A stretch of 64,000 nucleotides of DNA from Zootoca vivipara (Eukaryota), in assembly GCF_963506605.1 (NCBI RefSeq), contig NC_083285.1, positions 69,378,001 to 69,442,000 of the forward strand, in the 5' to 3' direction. The notes below the pieces were generated by a model. It worked only from the letters and a program-made list of their open reading frames with translations, did no database searches and was not told where the DNA came from. Position numbers and translations under genes: made by a program. This document shows, in pieces, positions 1-21,000 of this stretch (position 1 is its first letter; each line of letters starts with the position of its first letter).

Positions 1-304
1 GACCTGTGACTCCGACATTAATCAATGACCCAAGCCTCCCAGACTTGGGCACACTATACTTAGCAGTGTAACCGCACAACAGATGAGGCTGAGGCTTGTG
101 AATACATACTATTAACTACGGATTTGTTAAACTTAAGACAAAGAAACATGTCGCCTCTCCTTGCCGTCCCCTCGGAGATAGAGTCAAAAGCAAAGGCAAT
201 ACAGCGGAAGTTCCGCTCATGCCAGCAAACTGTGCTGGAATGTAAACAGACATGTGACACATAATAATCCCATGTCTGCAACTAAAGGTGGAATGGAAAA
301 TCCC

Positions 305-305
<1 letters not shown>

Positions 306-346
<41 letters not shown>
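306..346. repeat. (CA)n microsatellite (other simple repeats at ~11260-11310 TA, 33243-33322 CT/GT, 61860-61902 TACA, 63475-63518 TA)
   Basis: Direct inspection. Confidence 0.95.
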
Positions 347-350
<4 letters not shown>

Positions 351-391
351 AACAACCCCACATAATGCCTTCTGCTGCCACCTGCCCTCAC

Positions 392-10139
<9,748 letters not shown>

Positions 10140-11257
10140 CTACCCTTCCGCTTGCTCTGAAAGGAGGAGAAAGAAGACTATCTTCAGCAAATGGCTCACC
10201 CCAGGCTGCCTTTGGCCAGAGGCAGCCAGTGAGACGCCTTCCAGGTATTGCTGGACTCCATCTCCCAGCATCCCTTGTACTGGCTATGCTGGCTGGGGCT
10301 GATGGGATTTGGAGTCCATCAACATCTGGAGAACACGGGCTTGGCTGCCCCAAGCTCTAGGCAAGTGGTTCCCAAATCTTTTTGGGTCACTGCCCCTTGG
10401 TTCCATAATCCAAGTGCCTTCTACCCTATAAAAAGCATTGTCTGTTTTAAAAATAGACTGGGAACCGTTTATGTTGTACAGAAACATTGAGATCCAGCGC
10501 CGAGGGCCTTCTGGCGGTTCCCTCCCTGCGAGAAGCAAAGCTAGAGGGAACCAGGCAGAGGGCCTTCTCGGTGGTGGCGCCTGCCCTGTGGAACACCCTC
10601 CCATCAGATGTCAAAAAGAAAGACAACTACCAGACTTTTAGAGGATATCTGAAGGCAGCCCTGTTTAGGGAAGTTTTTAATTTGTGATATTTTAATGTAC
10701 AGTATTTTGGTATTTGTTGGGAGCCGCCCAGAGTGGCGGGGGGAAACCCAGCCAGATGGGCGGGGTAATAATAATAATAATAATAATAATAATGAAGTAG
10801 AAGTGTAGACTCACTAGCAGGCTTTAACTAAACACTTACAATTAAGAAAACAAGCATGTAAGATGTAATTTGGAAAATATGAGTGATATGAGTGCAATAA
10901 TATTTAGCTAAAAGACTACAAATTAAGGTAGAATAAAACAAGCAGAAGAAACAAATATTTAAAGAACCAGAAGAGGAAGTCAGGGGAGAGGAGGTGGGGG
11001 AAGACTGGGATTCGCATATGTTGTTTTCTTTTTCTGATAATGATGGTTGTGTTGAATACAAAAATGTAAAGCTTAATAAAAATTATTTTATCCTGAAATG
11101 TGGGGGGGGAGCATCGTCCAGAATAGTGGTTTGCACAACCCACTAAAAAAGACAATAATAAAATTCAAAACAGTTGCATTTAATTGCACATTTATCGTGT
11201 CCACAGAATGGAATGGGGCAGGATCCCCTCTATGGGGGACGACCGCAGTGCCTGGAG

Positions 11258-11313
<56 letters not shown>

Positions 11314-11420
11314 CAGTAGCACCTTAGAGACCAACTAAGTTTGTTCTTCGTATGCATGTACTCGAAAGCTTATACCAAGAACAAACTTAGTTGGTCTCTA
11401 AGGTGATACTGGACTATATA

Positions 11421-11486
<66 letters not shown>

Positions 11487-12034
11487 TCTACTGCAGACCA
11501 ACACGGCTACCTACCTGAATCTAGAACCATGGAGAAAGTCATCCTTCCTTTCCATATGACCAGTAGGTGGGCATGACCTTTCTAGACCTGGTAAAAGGCC
11601 AAGTCACGTAGCCATCTTCCCTTTTCCTTCTTTTTCATCCTGCCTGCTTCTTGCTGTTAGGATTCTTTCCCCGTGTTGCAGTCATGGGGTTATTTTTATC
11701 ACATGACGGTTTATGTTTTCATTCCACATTGTGGGAAGTGACAGAGACAGGATGTTTTAGGCTCTCAGCCGGCAGTCCCTGGGCTATCTCCCATATGGGG
11801 TAAACCTGTTTGTACATATTTGTAACTTTAAGCCTAAAGCCTGCCTTCAGGGGTCACACTGCGCTCTGCCTCATCGTGAGTAAACTTCTTTTGGTTACTT
11901 ATGAATAAGACTGTTGTGTCTTTATTCTTTTAGGAGGGGTTCAGGGGATATTACCAGGAACATATCCCAATCTGGGCAAGCCTGATTGGATTGCTTATTG
12001 TCTTAAGTAAGAGATTCTAACGAGTCTGCAACCA

Positions 12035-12296
12035 GCCAGTGTGGTGTAGTGGTTAAGAGTGGTGGACTCGTAATCTGGGGAACTGGGTTTGCTTCCCGCT
12101 CCTCCACATGCAGTTGCTGGATGACCTTGAGCTAGTCACACTTCTCTGAATTCTCTCAACCTCACTCACCTCACAGAGTGTTTGTTGTGGGGGAGGAAGG
12201 GAAAGGAGATTGTTAGCCGCTTTGGGACTCCTTAGGGTAGTGATAAAGCGGGATATCAAATCCAAACTCTTCTTCTTCTTCTTCTTCTTCTTCTTC
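12035..12296 (+). mobile_element. tRNA-derived SINE
   Basis: A-box-like GTGGTGTAGTGGTTAAGAG head, (CTT)n tail. Confidence 0.75.
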
Positions 12297-15099
12297 CTGC
12301 TGTGTAAAGGGAAATGCACTCTGCTAAGTGAAGAAACTTGCTAGCACGAGTTAGGAAGGATAATACTAATCAATATATCCTCTCCTGTTACTCACAACAT
12401 TCTCACAAAGTTATGCATCCACATCAGTGACCAGAGGAGGAATGACTGCTGGGAGGAGCGAAGAGCGAAAAAATGCCAAGGTGCAACCACAGCTGTACAT
12501 CAAACGCCTTCCTCTGCCCCGGCTGCAACAAAACATGTCTCTCCTGTATTGGTCTCTACAAATTTCTAACAGTTTGACTTCACCCCAAAGGCATACTCTT
12601 CTGCTGCCTCCCGAGGCATATGGATACCAACAAAACAACGCTGCAAAATCCAACTATTATGTTTAATTAATGCAAAAAATCTGATGAATTGGCTCCAGCT
12701 GTTCAAAGTCTGATAGTCCTTGACACTTCCAGCTCCCCCTGCCGCTCCCTTGCCTCTTAGTTGTGGGGTCAGGTCAGGCCGTGCTCCAGGAGCAGTCCCG
12801 GGACAGGTGACAATTTCCCCCTACAGATAATAACACACACAAACGCCATCTGTCCTGGGTGCTTCAGCTGAGATTCCTGCATTGCAGGGGGTTGGACTAG
12901 ATGACCCACGGGGTCCCTTCCAACTCTACGATTCGGTGCATGCATGTATAATAACAATTCCAGGCATATGATGAAGTGGACAGAAGCTTGTGCCATAATC
13001 AGTGTGATATTCCTTAATGCACTTTGTATTTGTTTCTTTCCCTGTGCCTGTCAGGGAAAGTCTCCCGCATGGTTTCCAAACAAAACCAGCAAACACACAG
13101 CATTGGGTGGGTCTCTCTCTCTCTCAATCTCTCTCTCTCTCCCTCTCCCTCCTCTCTCTAGCCCAGTTGCCATGCCAGCAGGGACAGCAAAACAGAGATT
13201 GGCCATGTGCTGGTGGCAGGCAGGGGCAAGGGGGGGGGGCATGGTCCTTCTCTTCACAAAAGCACCCAAGCTCTGCCCTTTAAAACTGCCTAGAATCACA
13301 GAACTGTAGAGTTGGAAGAGGCCACAAGGGTTGTCCAGTCTAACCCCCCAGAAATGCAGGGATCTTTTTAAAAAAGAAAGAAAAGAAAAGGCAGTCTCTA
13401 GCCCTCCTAGGGTGAGAATTACTACGCAAAATGCACAAGCCCCCTTCTATGCGAGAGGTGACCCGGTCTGGCTGCTCCTGCCTCTCCGAGTTTGATTTTT
13501 TTAGCCAAAGTCAGATCTGTCCTGGACGAGTGAGTTGTTTGGACATCAGGCAACGAGGAATCTCCAGGGTCCTATCTGGTAGTAGTAATAATAATGATAA
13601 TGGCAAGTGTGATTATTACAATAATTATTTCACATTTTTAAGTCCTTGGATTTTCTGTTGCTTCAAAGTATTTTGTGCTGTCTTCTTTTAATTCATCACA
13701 CACAGAGAGAGAGAGACCCAGCCAGCCTAGCTCTGGGAGCTGGAGTCCAAAAAAAGAGCTGTAAAAAATAAATTAAAAAACGGAGGGCATCCTATTTGAG
13801 ATGGTGGGGTTGTCTGAAGCCATGAGAAACTCCTAATCTTCTTCATGCAGTGGTATCCAGAGGGCCAGATTTGATGAAGTGAAGGGCCGTGGGGGCCGAC
13901 TAAGGGGCCGACCAGAGTTGTTGACCTTTTTCTTAGGATTGATATTTCTGAGCTTTTTTTAGGGTTGGGGTTTTTGAGGTTTTTTAAGGATTTTATCCCA
14001 GGAAATAAACTGCCACAGGGGCCAGATTAAACCAGCCGGTGGTCAGGATTAGGCCCCCAAAACGGACTTTGGACATGCCTTCATGCGTGTGCATGGGAGA
14101 TGGAAATGTTTCAATGAGAGAGAGAGAGCATAGTAATTCTAAGCAGTGCTTTTTTCTTCTTCTTCCAAAAAAAAAAAAATGTTTCGGGGTACTCTCATTT
14201 TCCTACTCATATTGAAATACTGCCCTTCAATGAGGCCAAGCTTAGATTCACAAAATGTTTAGGGGTATGCGTCCCCCTGCGTCCCCCCAGGGAAAAAAGC
14301 ACTGGTTATAAGGAACCCAAAGTGTCCAAACACGCCCCCCCACCCGCAAGCAATGCAGGAATCACAGCTAGCGGGGGGAGGGAACATAGACCCCTATGTA
14401 GAGCAGATATATCTTATTGCAATTTAGTTCTAAGGCGGTGTTTCAAAATGATCCCTCACCTGATCTCTTGAGGTTATTGGAGGAATACCTGGCCAGGTCT
14501 TCAGGTGTAAGCAGGGAAGCCTTGGCGCTAGGGCAGGCTGAGCTAGACTCGCATAGCCGTCTGGATGAGACCTTCCGTGGACGGTCAAGGCGAGGGAGTC
14601 CCTGCAAAGGCAGAGTCATTCCAAGCAATTCTAGAATTGTAACGTCGGAAGGGACCACCCCGCGCTCTTTGCAATGCAGGAACGACAGCTTAAAAACCCC
14701 TGGCAGACGGCCATCCAGCCTCTGCTGAAAAACCTCCCACGAATCGCTAGAATCAGGGAATCGTAGAGTTGGAAGAGATCCCCAAGAGGCATCTAGTCCA
14801 ACCCCACCCTCTCCCCGTCCATGCAGGAATCTCGGCTAAAGAACCCCTGGCAACACAGCTGCCTCGACTCCACCCCCAGTTTCTTCCCCAATATTCTGCC
14901 ACTCATCCCAGCCAGACACGGGGAGACGGACGAGGACACCCCCCCCCCATCGCCTTTCCAGCCAGGAGAGGACAGATCCCAGCCAAGGGAAGGAGATCCA
15001 GCGGAGGTGGGGTGGGGAGATCTTGGAAGGAGAGGGAGAACCTTTCAGAAAAGCGCTCCCCGACGGGGTGTGGGATCCCCACCACTTAAAGCTCTCACC

Positions 15100-15410
15100 C
15101 TCAGCCACTGAAGAGGCGGAGAAGGGATGGATCCTGCGGGAGATGGGGCTGGGATCCCGGAGCACCGACCTGCGGCTGGGAGCGGACGGCAGGGAGAGCT
15201 GCTGGACCGCCGCTAGGAGAGAGAGAGAAAGAGAGGCTGCCCGACTGAGCCGGCCCGGAGCTGCCCCAACCTCCGTCCCTCCGGCCCGCAGTGTGTACGC
15301 TGTTTCCCGGCAACGGCGCCTCCTCCTTTCCCCGGTCCCGGGGCGGCTCCGTCGGGCGGCTCCAGCGCAGCGCCCGCTGCGTCTGGTCTGCCCGCGAAAG
15401 GCTGTCCTGG
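15100..15410 (-). promoter_or_regulatory. CpG island / probable promoter and non-coding first exon of the ODF3B-like gene, with RFX X-box
   Basis: CpG-rich; GTTTCCCGGCAAC at 15302-15314 fits the X-box; candidate minus-strand donor GTGAGA at 15098. Confidence 0.55.
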
Positions 15411-17068
15411 GTTCATTTTTACGAGGTTTCTCTTTTTTTGCAATGTGATTTTTATTGAATTTCCAAATTTTTAAAACAGGTTCCCCCATCGAATGGTTTT
15501 ATGAAAAAATGTTGCAAGCCGCTCTTGTTGGTTTGGTTTTATGAATAACTCGGTCCTTTTTTTCTTAAAAAAAAATCTTTAGGGGTACTCTCATTTTGAC
15601 TCAAGAAAACCACCGTTTTATGGCTCAAATCGGGAAAAATAAATACAGTAAGTGGACAATTCACAAAATGTTTAGGGGTATGCGTCCCCCCTGGGGGAAA
15701 AAAGCACCGTGAATTACACTATATAAATTTAAAGAAACGAAAACCGCTGACTGGGGCGGGCATGATTCTACACAGGATCAGAGAACTGCCTTTTCCGTTT
15801 TCTTTGCAAATGAACTACATCCCAGTTGACGGCAAGAGCCGTCGGACAGCAGTATGGTCTCCCTCGGGAGGTGGTGGGTGGACTCTCCTTCCTTGGAGGT
15901 TTTTAAGCAGAGGTTGGATGGCCACCTGTCCTGGATTCGAGAGCTGATATTCCTGCCTTGCAGGGGGTTGGACTGGATGGCCCTTGGGGGTCCCTTCCAA
16001 TTCTACAACCGTAAAATCAATAGCGTCACACAACTCGCTTCTGCTACACCAGGCATAGGCAAACTCGGCCCTCCAGATGTTTGGGGACTACAATTCCCAT
16101 CATCCCTGACCACTGGTCCTGTTAGCTAGGGATGATGAGAGTTGTAGTCCCAAAACATCTGGAGGGCCAAGTTTGCCTATGCCTGCGCTACACACCTTCT
16201 GGGGAAACAAGGGGGCACTCAGGTCCAAACCTCTAGGCGTCTGCTCAGAAGTGAGTCCAGTTGTGTCATTAAAACTACTGCATGCCTTTAAAGAAATTAT
16301 TTATGCTTTTCAGGTTTATACATTTCATTAATTTTACAATCATTTTAACATTTCAGAACTTGACTTCCTTCCCTCTTTTTCTGCGGTTCCTTAAATTTAT
16401 TTTTAATATCTTCTGCATATCCAAATTAACTTAATTCGCTCATTTATTTATCCACTTTAAATATATCCTCTTATAAAACTGCAGGTTATTGCAATAACCG
16501 TGCCAATGTATTGTGATGCATATTCCTGCCTGGGGATTCTGTAAGTTGATATGATTGATTTTAGGTGATTCTGTAAGCTCATATTACTATACAATATTGA
16601 TTTTAGTACAGTTCCTTCAATGGCTTTTATATGGCAGGTGGTTTCAGAACCTCATCACCTCAATTGATTTATGCCTCTTCCACTTTATAGAACAGTTGGC
16701 CAGGAGCCACCTACTGGGTCATGTTGGGACACCGTCCTTTAGGGCAGTTCAGCTGGAATGTATACTGATTTTACCTGAACTGAGCCTTTAGAATAGAGCA
16801 CAGCACTGTGGCAAAAGAATGGAGGACTGAGCAGTGATCAGTTTTTTTGCACCTGTGGGCACTGCTCTGTTGTTCTCAGATAATGCACTTGGGCACAGGG
16901 AATAAAGGACCAGGAACAAGGAAGTCACCAATGTGCCTGTCGAGTCGGGTGCTAATTCTCAACATGTTCCTGGGCTGGAACAGAGGCTTCACGCCAGGGC
17001 TTGTTCATTGCAGATAAATGCCACAGAACTTTAGGTCAATGCCACAACTTGGCATTGAAACAGAAGCA

Positions 17069-17535
17069 TTATTTTATTTTATTTTATTTCTCCAGAAAGA
17101 GCGGGGAGAGCATAGCTTCGCTTGCACTTTTTATTTTATTTTATTTTATTTTATTTCTCCAGAAAGAGCGGGGAGAGCATCGCTTTGCTTGCACTATTTA
17201 TTTTATTTCATTTCATTTCTCCAGAAAGAGCGGGGAGAGCATCGCTTCACTTGCACTATTTATTTTATTTTATTTTATTTCTCCAGAAAGAGCGGGGAGA
17301 GCATCGCTTCGCTTGCACTATTTATTTTAGTTTAGTTTATTTCTCCAGAAAGAGCGGGGAGAGCATCGCTTCGCTTGCACTATTTATTTTATTTTATTTC
17401 TCCAGAAAGAGCGGGGAGAGCATCACTTCGCTTGCACTATTTATTTTATTTCATTTCTCCAGAAAGAGCGGGGAGAGCATCGCTTCGCTTGCAGTACAGT
17501 ACTGTATTTCATTTCATGGCTCCAGAAAGAGCAGG
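17069..17535. repeat. Minisatellite, ~57-67 bp period, 7 full plus 1 degenerate unit
   Basis: 42-bp core TTTCTCCAGAAAGAGCGGGGAGAGCATCGCTTCGCTTGCACT separated by (TTTTA)n linkers. Confidence 0.95.
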
Positions 17536-17870
17536 GCAAAGCCCCGCCTCTCTTGCAGGAGCTCCGCCCTCCCCTTGCCGCGCTCGCTAGGCCCGTGTCC
17601 CCTAGGGAACTACCACTCCCGTCATGCCGCGGGGCAGCAGGAAGCCCGTCCGGAAAGGCCGCCCGGGCTGCAGCAGGCGTCCGGAAGCGCGGTTCCCGTG
17701 GCGCCCATGGCCGAGCAGGCGGCCCCTCCGCCTCCGCCGCCGGTCTACGTGCACAGCGCCGAGTACCTGGCGCGATGCGACGCCCTTTGCAAAGTCCCCG
17801 AGCGGGTGAGGGGCCGGGGGAGGGGAGGGGGAGGGGAAGGGAGGGGGGAGGCGCACTGGCCAAGGCGCTA
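17535..17870 (+). promoter_or_regulatory. HDAC8 CpG-island promoter with ZNF143/SBS-like, GC-box and ETS motifs
   Basis: AACTACCACTCCCGTCATGCCGCG at 17608-17631; GCCCCGCCTC at 17541; CCGGAAG at 17681; no TATA seen. Confidence 0.7.
17707..17805 (+). CDS. HDAC8: HDAC8 exon 1
   Basis: [33 protein letters not shown], donor GTGAG. Confidence 0.92.
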
Positions 17871-17995
17871 GTCCTCAGTGGGATACTCAGGGCAAGAGCC
17901 TTTGGACAGTGGGGTGGGCTCCCTTGAAAGGAGGTTGGAGGTTTTAAAACAGGGTTTTTTTGGGGGGGGGGCTTCGTCAGGGATCCCTTTGCTGC

Positions 17996-18028
<33 letters not shown>

Positions 18029-21000
18029 TTATTATTTCTACTCCACCCATCTGGGTTTCCCCAGCCAGTCTGGACGGCTTTCAACAGAACATTAAAAACA
18101 AAATTCCTAAGCAAATTCCTAATCGCTTATCAATTGATCAGTACTGTATTTTTATTTTTCCATTTTGTTGTTTTCTTTTTCTTTCTCCTCCCCCCCTTTC
18201 CTGTTTTCCTCTTTCATGGTACTGTATTCTATTTGTTTACTTATATCTATAGATAAAATGGATTTAAAAACAATCTAAAAATATGTAAGAAGGCTGGCAC
18301 ACTACAAAGTGCCAGGTGGGATAAGGAAATGTGGTCATAAATTGATCTTAATCTAAATATTGGACTACGCAATAGCCTGATATATTAGAAAACATGAGAA
18401 TCCTCCATTGGGTGTGTAAGGAATAATACACTATATAATAACTTACTATACATTAGTTACAGGTAGGTAGCCGTGTTGGTCTGACGTAGTCGAAACAAAA
18501 TAAAAAAATTCCTTCCAGCAGCAGAAGAAGTGTGCATGCACACGAAAGCTCATACCAAAATAAAAACTATGTTGGTCTTTAAGGTGCTGCTGGAAGGAAG
18601 GAATTTTACTATACATTGTTTTCATGTAATTGTTTTCATGTTTAATGTATATTACATCTATAGAGTTCTCTTAGATTTTTAACTGACTTTATTATATGCA
18701 ATGCCACATTTATTTCAGTCTAAGAATATCTCCTGTAAAACCAACTTATCTTTCTTTACGTTTTTCTGTGGAAAATAAAAAACAAAAAACAAAAAAAACA
18801 GAATTCCTGCATTGCAGGGGGTTGGACTAGATGACCCCTGGGGCGGATTCCCTCCCAACTCTACGGTTCTATGGCCTCCCCTTCCTCGGAGGGTTTTAAG
18901 CAGAAGTTTAGTGGCCGCCCGCAAGGGATGCTGTGCTTGAGATTCCTGCCTTGCAAGGGGTTGGGCTAGATGACCACTGGGAAACCCTACCAACACTGCA
19001 GGTCTGTGATTCCATGAGGATGATGTGGTTTGGCTTATTTGCTCCCTCCCTCCCTTTCCCCACAGGCCAGCATGGTGCATTCCTTGATCGAATCCTACTC
19101 GCTGCTGGATCACATGAGGTAGGCACAAGTTTGCCATGGGGCAGATGGAGGTCTCTTGGGCAACGGGGGGGGGGGGTCCCTCTGCCAGGGGTTCCTGCAG
19201 CTTCCGCCTGTTCTGGATTTGATTTAAATCCAATCGATTTAAATCACTAATCAGTAAGACTTGATTTAAATTGTGTGTCATTCTTGCTGGTATCCCCTTA
19301 ATATCGCCAACCAGGTGAAGGTTTCATTTTGGGAATAATCAATTTTCAGAGTAGTTTTTACAGTTAAGAATGACCGATTTGGTTATACTATTAGCAATAC
19401 GTGGACAGATCATCATGGAATTAATGTGAGGTTTAATAAGCTAACTGTTTATATTTGGGCAACTTTTCTGCTGTACTTTATTGGAAGCAGAAAAACAATC
19501 ATTTCCTTAATAACACTTTAAACAATTTATTTAACTGAAACAGTAACATTATAGCATATGTATCCATGTTTGTTAACTGATGTGGGTAAACAATTTTTTT
19601 AATTAACAAAAAACTTAGACTGAGTTTTAACCCACATGAAAAACTTAAAACAAATCCTTATTTCCTGATGAATAGCCTTTGGACTACAATGTAACTTAAA
19701 TAGAAAACTATCTTTAGAAAGATATACTGATATTCTTCAATGGCATTTTATTCCAGATTGTTTCATTTGATGCTTTAAGGCAGGCTGCAAACAGCTCGGA
19801 TTTTTTCCTTAAATATATAAAGCAGCATAGAAAGGAAACTGATGATAAAAATATTTTATTTAGGCCACATTTCTCAGAGCTCTTGAAGAATACTTGCTAA
19901 GCAGCTGAGATCTCTTTGACTGACAACAGGGGGACATTGCCCTGGGGGGGGGGGGAACTTTCCTGTAGTCCAGGAGATACAGAGGGGCAGCCTCAGAGGA
20001 CTTCTCTTCTGCTCCTAATCCATCCCATAATAACAATAACAATAATAATAAAATAATTTGTTCCCCAGCCGGAGACGGGCTCAGGGCGGCTAACATCATG
20101 AAACTAAGACAGTATACAAAGAACATAAGAACATAAAACAGGCAATCAATTAGTTAAAATACATCTTAAAATTAGTTCAGAGCAAATTAAAATCTGGACA
20201 GATTTTAGCAGCAACACCTTGCTCTGTTTGAGGATTATCCATCCTTCTTCTTGTCTTCTTTTCCCGCCTGGGAAAACTGCTCTTTGGCGCTCCATCGGAG
20301 CAAACAGCAGTTAGGTTTTGTTTTGTTTTTGCATTGCCGTTTATTCCAATTTAAAGCCAAAGAGCAGGTTTTCCTTGCAGAGGAGCAGGGCAAGGGGAAC
20401 ATGGAAAGTTTGGGCGAGCCCTTGGAGCGGTTGAGCCTTCCATATTCTGGGGCTGCCCCACCCACCAAGTTCTTCATTTCCGTAGGGTTGTCAAGCCCAA
20501 AGTAGCTTCCATGGAGGAGATGGCCGGCTTCCACACTGATGCCTACCTGCAGCACCTGCAGAAAGTGAGCGAGGAAGGCGATGATGACCATCCAGAATCG
20601 GTGGGATTTGGACTAGGTGAGGAGGTGGCCGCTTGGGAACATCTGCCTCCAGGCTTGGGGTGCTGAGATCTGTCTCACAGCCAGGGCTGGATTTAGGTTT
20701 GATGAGGCCCTAAGCCAGGCATCCCCAACCTGCGGCCCTCCAGATGTTTTGGCCTACAACTCCCATGATCCCTAGCTAAGAGGACCAGTGGTCAGGGATG
20801 ATGGGAATTGTAGTCGAAAACATCTGGAGGGCTGAAGGTTGGGGGTGCTGCCCTAGGCTACTGAAGGTCATGGGGCCCTTGATATGTCCGTCTGCCCTTT
20901 GTCAACAACAAATGGTCGCTTTTTTTTTGTTTTGAATATATGCTATATGCTAATTGATGGGCCTCATAGGTATCTAAAGCCATTTGCACATCACAAAATA

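Noticed and set aside
11655-12022. Solo LTR (TGTTAG...CTAACG)
   Set aside because: The termini are suggestive, but there is no TSD and no second copy in the window.
12035-12110. tRNA gene
   Set aside because: Degenerate B-box, and it continues into a SINE body and simple-repeat tail.
14836-15489. 217-aa ORF over the CpG island
   Set aside because: Low-complexity GC-rich open frame with no recognisable domain.
17069-17535. CRISPR-like array (constant repeat with variable linkers)
   Set aside because: Eukaryotic context; the linkers are (TTTTA)n rather than unique spacers; no cas genes.
17122-17871. 249-aa ORF overlapping HDAC8 exon 1
   Set aside because: Non-ATG start, and the N-terminal part is minisatellite translation; the real start is ATG 17707.
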